Assembly: GCF_006345805.1 (NCBI RefSeq) | Contig: NW_021836038.1 | Location: forward strand, 1 to 26,134 | Reading direction: 5' to 3' | DNA from: Octopus sinensis | Taxonomy: Eukaryota | DNA: 26,134 nt | In this document: positions 20,574 through 26,134 of the stretch, piece after piece | How the letters are laid out: the number at the start of each line of letters is the position of its first letter | How positions within the stretch are numbered: the stretch's first letter is position 1 | The notes under the pieces: generated by a model | Told to the model about the DNA's origin: nothing | Databases searched by the model: none | What the model saw: only the letters and a program-made list of their open reading frames with translations | Made by a program: the position numbers and the translations under genes

Positions 20574-22825
20574 GAAAATCTGAACTTCCACAAAGCAGAT
20601 TGGAAATCGATCCAAAAAGAGATCCTCAGAGAGGACTGGCCGGAATGTCTCTCCACACCAGACATTGACATGAAACTAGAATGTTTCATGTCTTCTGTGC
20701 AAGCCGTATGCCAGAAATATGTCCCAGAGCACAAGGCCAAAACAAATAGGAGCAAAATTCCAAGAGACAGGAAGATCCTCATGAGACGACGGATGAAGGT
20801 TGCAAATTGTCTCAACCAACATCCCATAAGTAGCGAAACGTCCCGCCTAAAAACAACACTGATGGAGATCGAAAAAAGGCTGCAACAATCCTATGTGAAG
20901 GAGAAAGCAGACAAAGAAGCCTGGGTTATAAAAAAACATTAAATCAAACCCAAAGGCCTTCTTTCACTACGCAAAAGAAACAGTCTCAGTGCACTACAAG
21001 ATAGGACCCCTCCTCCAAAAGGATGGTTCCCTCACAGACAGTCCAACTAAGATCAGTGAGATGCTGAATGACCAGTTCAAAAGTGTCTTTACCACCCTGT
21101 TGGAACACAGACAAGTGAACGAACCAGTGGACTTCTTTGCCGCCTCACCTATAACCAGCAAGGCGGTTACAATAGAATGTATTGACATTAGCGAAAACGA
21201 TGTCCTACTAGCCATAGATGAAGTGGACACAAACTCAGCTGCTGGTCCAGATGGTTTCCCAGCCATCCTCCTCAAAGCATGTAAGCATGCCCTGGCAAAA
21301 CCCCTCAAGATTCTCTTCCAGAGCTTTCTTGCGAATGGCAAACTGCCAAGCAAGCTGAAGGAGGGAATAATATGCCCAATACATAAAGGGGGAAGTAGAG
21401 CAGATGCCAAAAACTATAGGCCTATCTCTCTGACTTCACACATCAGCAAAGTCATGGAACGGATAGTCAGAAAGAAACTAATCGCATTCCTTGAGGAAAA
21501 TAACTTGCTGAGTGATACCCAGCATGGTTTTCAACCAGGTAGGAGCTGCCTGACCCAGCTCTTACAACACTATGACTGGGTGTTGAGGCAGTTACTCAAC
21601 AAATCAAATGTGGACGTAATCTACCTTGATTTTCAAAAGCTTTTGACAAGGTGGATCATGGTATGATATGCCACAAATTGCGTGACTTCGGCATAGCTGG
21701 AAAACTTGAAGTGTGGTTACATGACTTCCTGAAAGATAGGAGTCAGGCAGTAGTGGTTAATGGAGCCACCTCTATGAATACACAAATAGTGAGCGGTGTT
21801 CCACAGGGCACTGTCTTGGGACCACTGCTTTTTATAGTGGCCCTCTCAGATATGCCCTCAAATGCCCGGATAGCCACTCTGGCCAGCTATGCAGACGAAA
21901 GTCTCGCAGAAAATAAAGAACACCAGTGATGTTGCACACCTGCAGCAGGAGTTTGACTCAATCTACAGAGGGGCTGAGGATAATAATATGCAGTTTAATG
22001 CTGAAAAATTCCAGGCCCTGTGCTACCAGCATCCAAAACTGAATATTAAAATTACAGGATACACCGGTCCACAGGGAATTTCAATCCCAGAGTCTAAGTC
22101 TGTGAGGGACCTGGGTATTGACATGAGTGATGATACCTCTTTCCAAGTGCACATTACCAGGATGGCGACAAAGTGCAGACGACTGGCTGGATGGATCCTA
22201 AGAACATTCAGAACCAGAGATAAGGAAACCATGATGGTCATCTGGAGGACATTTGTCCTCAGCCGCCTGGATTACTGCTATGGTCACCCACCAGTGTAAA
22301 ATTAACAGCGGACCTTGAAGCAATCCAGAGAAGATTCAAAAAGAAGATCGTCTCTTTGCAACAGCTCAGCTACTGGGAAAGGTTGAAACAGCTAAGATTC
22401 TACTCCCTGGAGAAAAGATGGGAGAGGTATGCAGTAATATATGTCTGGAAGATCCTGGAAGGAATTGTGCCAAATTTTGGCATTGTAAGCAACACCAATG
22501 CTAGAACGAGACGACACTGCATAGTGCCAAAGATCCCAGCAATGCCATCACGCTTCAGGACCAGCTTCCGCAACAGCCTGGGTCTCAAGGGCCCACAGAT
22601 TTTTAATATTCTTCCAAAAAGTCTGAGGAATTCGTACAAAGTAGATGAAGCAGTTTTTAAATCAAAGCTGGACACCTTCCAGTCAAGAGTCCCAGATGAA
22701 CCTACCTCACGGCAAGAGGTGCAAATGAGAGTAGCTGTATCAAACTCCATTCTTCACCAAGTGCCACATACTAGACGAGGTTCTTCGTAATAACAGTGTA
22801 GCACAAAACGGCGGTGCATCAGCAT
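20574..22825 (+). mobile_element. 5'-truncated CR1-type LINE (RT plus C-terminus), frameshifted
   Basis: NFHKADW, NDQFKSVFT, AAGPDG, NYRPISLTS, QHGF..GRSCLTQLL, IYLDF/KAFDKVDH, SGVPQGTVLGPLLF, YADE (damaged YADD), LSYWERLKQL..YSLE, FKSKLD. No APE domain or ORF1 in this copy. Confidence 0.9.
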
Positions 22826-23223
22826 AATATATATATATATATATCATATATATGTTATATATATATATATATATTATATATATGTATATAGTAATATATA
22901 TATTATATTATATATATGTATATAGTATATATATATATTATATATATGTATATAGTATATATATATTATTATATATATGTATATAGTATATATATATATT
23001 ATATTATGTATATAGTATATATTATATATATATATGTATATTGTATATATATATTATATATATATATTATATATATGTATATAGTATATATATATATTAT
23101 ATATATGTATATAGTATATATATATATAGTATATATATAGTATATATATATTATATATATATTATATATATGTATATAGTATATATATATATATAGTATA
23201 TATATAGTATATATATATATATA
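22826..23223. repeat. (TA)n-derived array with a higher-order unit of about 30 nt
   Basis: TGTATATAG markers recur at about 22883, 22917, 22947, 22978, 23007, 23076, 23106 and 23171, with a variant near 23035. Confidence 0.9.
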
Positions 23224-23904
23224 ATGAAAGCTAATCTTCAAAAATGTCAAATGTCTTTGCTAAGAGTATGTTTACTAAATTCAATCTGTCTCCCTCACTC
23301 CCTTTCTCATACTTCCAAACCTAAGCATAATGACTAATGTTTAAGGGACCATGAAGCACGTCTGAAATGTCATCATTCATAAAAAAGATTAACTTCAAAC
23401 ACAACCATGTGTTTGATATAATCTGAGAGAAAAACTGTTCCATATATGTGTGTGTGTGTGTGTTAGCTCAGGTCACATCTCATTACCTAAAGTTTCATGA
23501 GTGGATAAGGATGCTTAATGGTAAAAGCTCCAGTATGGTCATTTGATACATCAAGGATGTATTTTTAATTGAACTGGAGCTCTGAGCATCAATCATGCTG
23601 ATTGTTGCCTCTGGGGCATGAAACTACGTGAAGTAGAATATTATATACAGTGTGTGTGTAAAGGGAGACTCTTTATAGACAATGTTACATCGATGTAATT
23701 ATCTCAAGGTAAGATATTTTTACCTCTGATTGTATAACTTCATTAAGTTGTAGCAACATGTGTATTTGTGCTTCTACATTGAAATCCTGAAGTCAGTTTA
23801 TCCTAGCAAAACCTATATTGGAATTCTGTCACACCAGATTATCTCTGCTTTTCAGTTGTCTTCATAAAAAAGCACTAATGACTTTATTTTTATTATTATT
23901 GTTA

Positions 23905-24097
23905 AGGCAAAGAGTTGGTAGAATCGTTATAACAAGCAAAATGCTTACTCTCTTCCACCTTTACATTCTGATTTCAAATGCCACCAAGGTTGACTTTGCC
24001 TTTCATCATCTTGGGGTTGATAAAATAGTCCCAGTCAAGTACTGGGGTCAATGTAATAAAGTATTCCACTCCCCACAAATTCCTGGCCATATGCCTA

Positions 24098-24135
<38 letters not shown>
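23905..24135 (+). mobile_element. tRNA-derived SINE (octopus-type) with (TTA)n tail
   Basis: A-box-like GAGTTGGTAGAATCGTTA, B-box-like GATTTCAAATGCC, body AAGGTTGACTTTGCCTTTCATC...GGGGTTGATAAAATAG...TACTGGGGTCAATGTAAT, (TTA)n tail. Confidence 0.78.
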
Positions 24136-24136
<1 letters not shown>

Positions 24137-25937
24137 CATTACAGTTTAGTTTGGGCTTAAATATTCTTTGTTTTGTATACTTTGGCTTGTATTATTGTTT
24201 TTGGTATCTTCTTCCTGTCTTTCACCAACTTTCCCAATCACTCGCAACAATATTCCAAAGATCACACTTTATTTCCATTCCTACATTTTAATCTTGGACT
24301 TTTTTTAATAAAAAAAAACTACTAATTTCCTTATTTTACCACAGCAATACTTTAATTTTCTTGGAAAGCAATTTTACTATACTGCAGCTATTAAATCATC
24401 ATTATTATCATCACCATTGTCATCATCATGATGTTTACATCTATATTTCTCAATAGTTTTGACCATTAACATGTTTTTCTATCTCTTCCTAATCTTTCCA
24501 TCCATAATTTACTTTCTACTCTGCTACTAAACACTCGTCTGGTTGATTCTACATCAAAATGGTGGACTTTTGTTTTTGTTTTTAACTACTGGATGATTCC
24601 AACATTAAAACAATTTACTTACTGCTGCACCATTTCTACCCAAGTTAAACAAAATAAAACAGATCAAAGATTGTGACAACCTAACTTCACTGGCTCCCCA
24701 ACTCATATTAATTTCACTTTCTGTGAATGAAATAGTGTATCTACGACTAAATTATTTTAGTGTTTCTTTTCATTTTTAAGACTAATATGGTTTAATGAAG
24801 TTGCGTTTTGTGCTAAAACATTTCAAGTAACTAAATGGAGTGCCCCTAATTAGCTCAGCCTTTATCAACTGTTCAATTCCATTAACTGCCTTCGCAGTCC
24901 TGCCAGAGCCACAATAAGCTGCTCTGAAAAAGTTATACTGAAACATCCAGGTTCCAAATAACACAAATTTTTTGAACATGGAAATTGATGTTTTCTTTAG
25001 AGTGAGAATGTAGTTTCATTATAGTTTGGGTTGATGGGAATTGTTTTCAAAGACTTTCCCTTTATCTAGTGATACATTATTAATATGGGTATAAACTATT
25101 ATTAAAAATATTTTCTAAACTATATTAGAAACCTTTGTTTAAATTGTTAGAAATCCAAGTTATGTTCTCTAAGATATATTATTTAAAAGACTTCATACAC
25201 AGGTGCTCTCTCTCTCAAATACACACACACACATACACATAGGTGTTAAGCTGTGGGGCCTAAAAATTGAATTTTGTTTCACTAAGCTGAATGCTTTTAT
25301 AACTTTAATTAAAATTTATGTATATCCTAATTAATAAATTTATATTAAATGTATGCATTTTAATTTACTTGCTTGCATTGTCAAACCTAATTTACAAATA
25401 ACTGTCTCTTTAAGAAGTGTTTTTGATACTGTTACTATGTTACAAAGATGAATTTTTCTTATAGAATTGATCAAGTAGCAGTTCCTTATATGTCTGAGAG
25501 ACAGAGGTCTCTTGTACGGAATGCCATCACTTTTGTTTCTAAAGTCTTCTCTCAATTGTATTGAATTTGATACTAGTTTATAAATCATGTCTGGTGTATA
25601 TAGAAGGCGACTCAAAGAGTGGAAGGAATTTTATGGCAGGAGGAAGAAGAGGAGAAATAACATTTCAGGTGGTACTGTTCTTTGCGGAGAGAGAGAGAGG
25701 GAGAAAGATAGTCTTGGTGTTGAAGGAAAACTAAATTGTGAGAAGTTAAAGTGAGCAAAAATTATTATGTCTCTTTCTTCCTCATGACATAAAATATATT
25801 CCACTGTTCGAACTCTCCATATTCTTACAACTCTAGCTTCCTCACGATCCACTGTTCTACAATATATATATATATAGAGTCGCAGTGGTGTGTCTTTTAA
25901 TATATCTTATTGGTTTTTATATTTTAATGCTTTACAG

Positions 25938-26134
25938 ATATTGCTGCTAACAGTTCAACTGTACTGACTAAATCTAATGTTTCTCTTACATCTAATACTA
26001 CTACTACTACTACTCCTATTAAAATAAACGATTCCACTACTGTTACTATTCCTCCTCCTACCACCACTTCTATTACTACTTCCCATCCTATTAAAGAAAA
26101 TAACACCCACATCCAACCAGCTGCTGCTGTTACT
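25938..26134 (+). CDS. Putative Thr/Ser/Pro-rich (mucin-stalk-like) exon, open to the window end
   Basis: After ttttaatgctttacag, the phase-1 frame reads IAANSSTVLTKSNVSLTSNTTTTTTPIKINDSTTVTIPPPTTTSITTSHPIKENNTHIQPAAAVT with no stop and five N-X-S/T sequons. It could instead be (ACT)n-derived low complexity. Confidence 0.45.

Noticed and set aside
23725-23787. Candidate upstream TPR exon (DFNVEAQIHMLLQLNEVIQSE)
   Set aside because: No TPR pattern, and it ends in phase 0 while the 15496 exon needs phase 2.
24782-24923. Minus-strand frame after a good acceptor (RAAYCGSGRTAK...KPY-stop)
   Set aside because: No recognisable homology, it ends in a stop upstream of the TPR exons, and I found no linked exon.

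Overview
Eukaryotic, AT-rich, repeat-dominated DNA. The repeat families look like those I recall from octopus genomes, so the likely source is a coleoid cephalopod (inference). Six minus-strand coding exons (15496-15362, 13412-13276, 11503-11364, 10035-9913, 7989-7912, 6333-6186) have AG/GT boundaries and consistent phases. Spliced, they give about 253 aa of tandem TPR repeats that resemble the C-terminal part of TTC6; most of these exons are missing from the ORF track. I did not find the flanking exons in the window. The rest is decayed mobile DNA: three or four RTE-clade LINE pieces carrying a PHD-type zinc finger after the RT domain, a 5'-truncated Penelope-like element (RT + GIY-YIG, Neptune-like) ending in a degenerate hammerhead ribozyme, a 5'-truncated CR1-type LINE, an internally deleted mariner, a 387-bp non-autonomous Helitron, tRNA-type SINEs and very long (TA)n/(TACA)n microsatellites. 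A possible plus-strand Thr/Ser-rich exon runs off the right end. No element encodes an intact protein, and most long ORFs in the track are microsatellite artefacts. I see no solid evidence for a wholly new system. The best leads are a 64-nt identical microsatellite/RTE junction shared by two diverged RTE copies, the ORF-internal PHD finger of the RTEs, the hammerhead and promoter-like end of the Penelope element, and the consistent flanking of retroelements by microsatellites.
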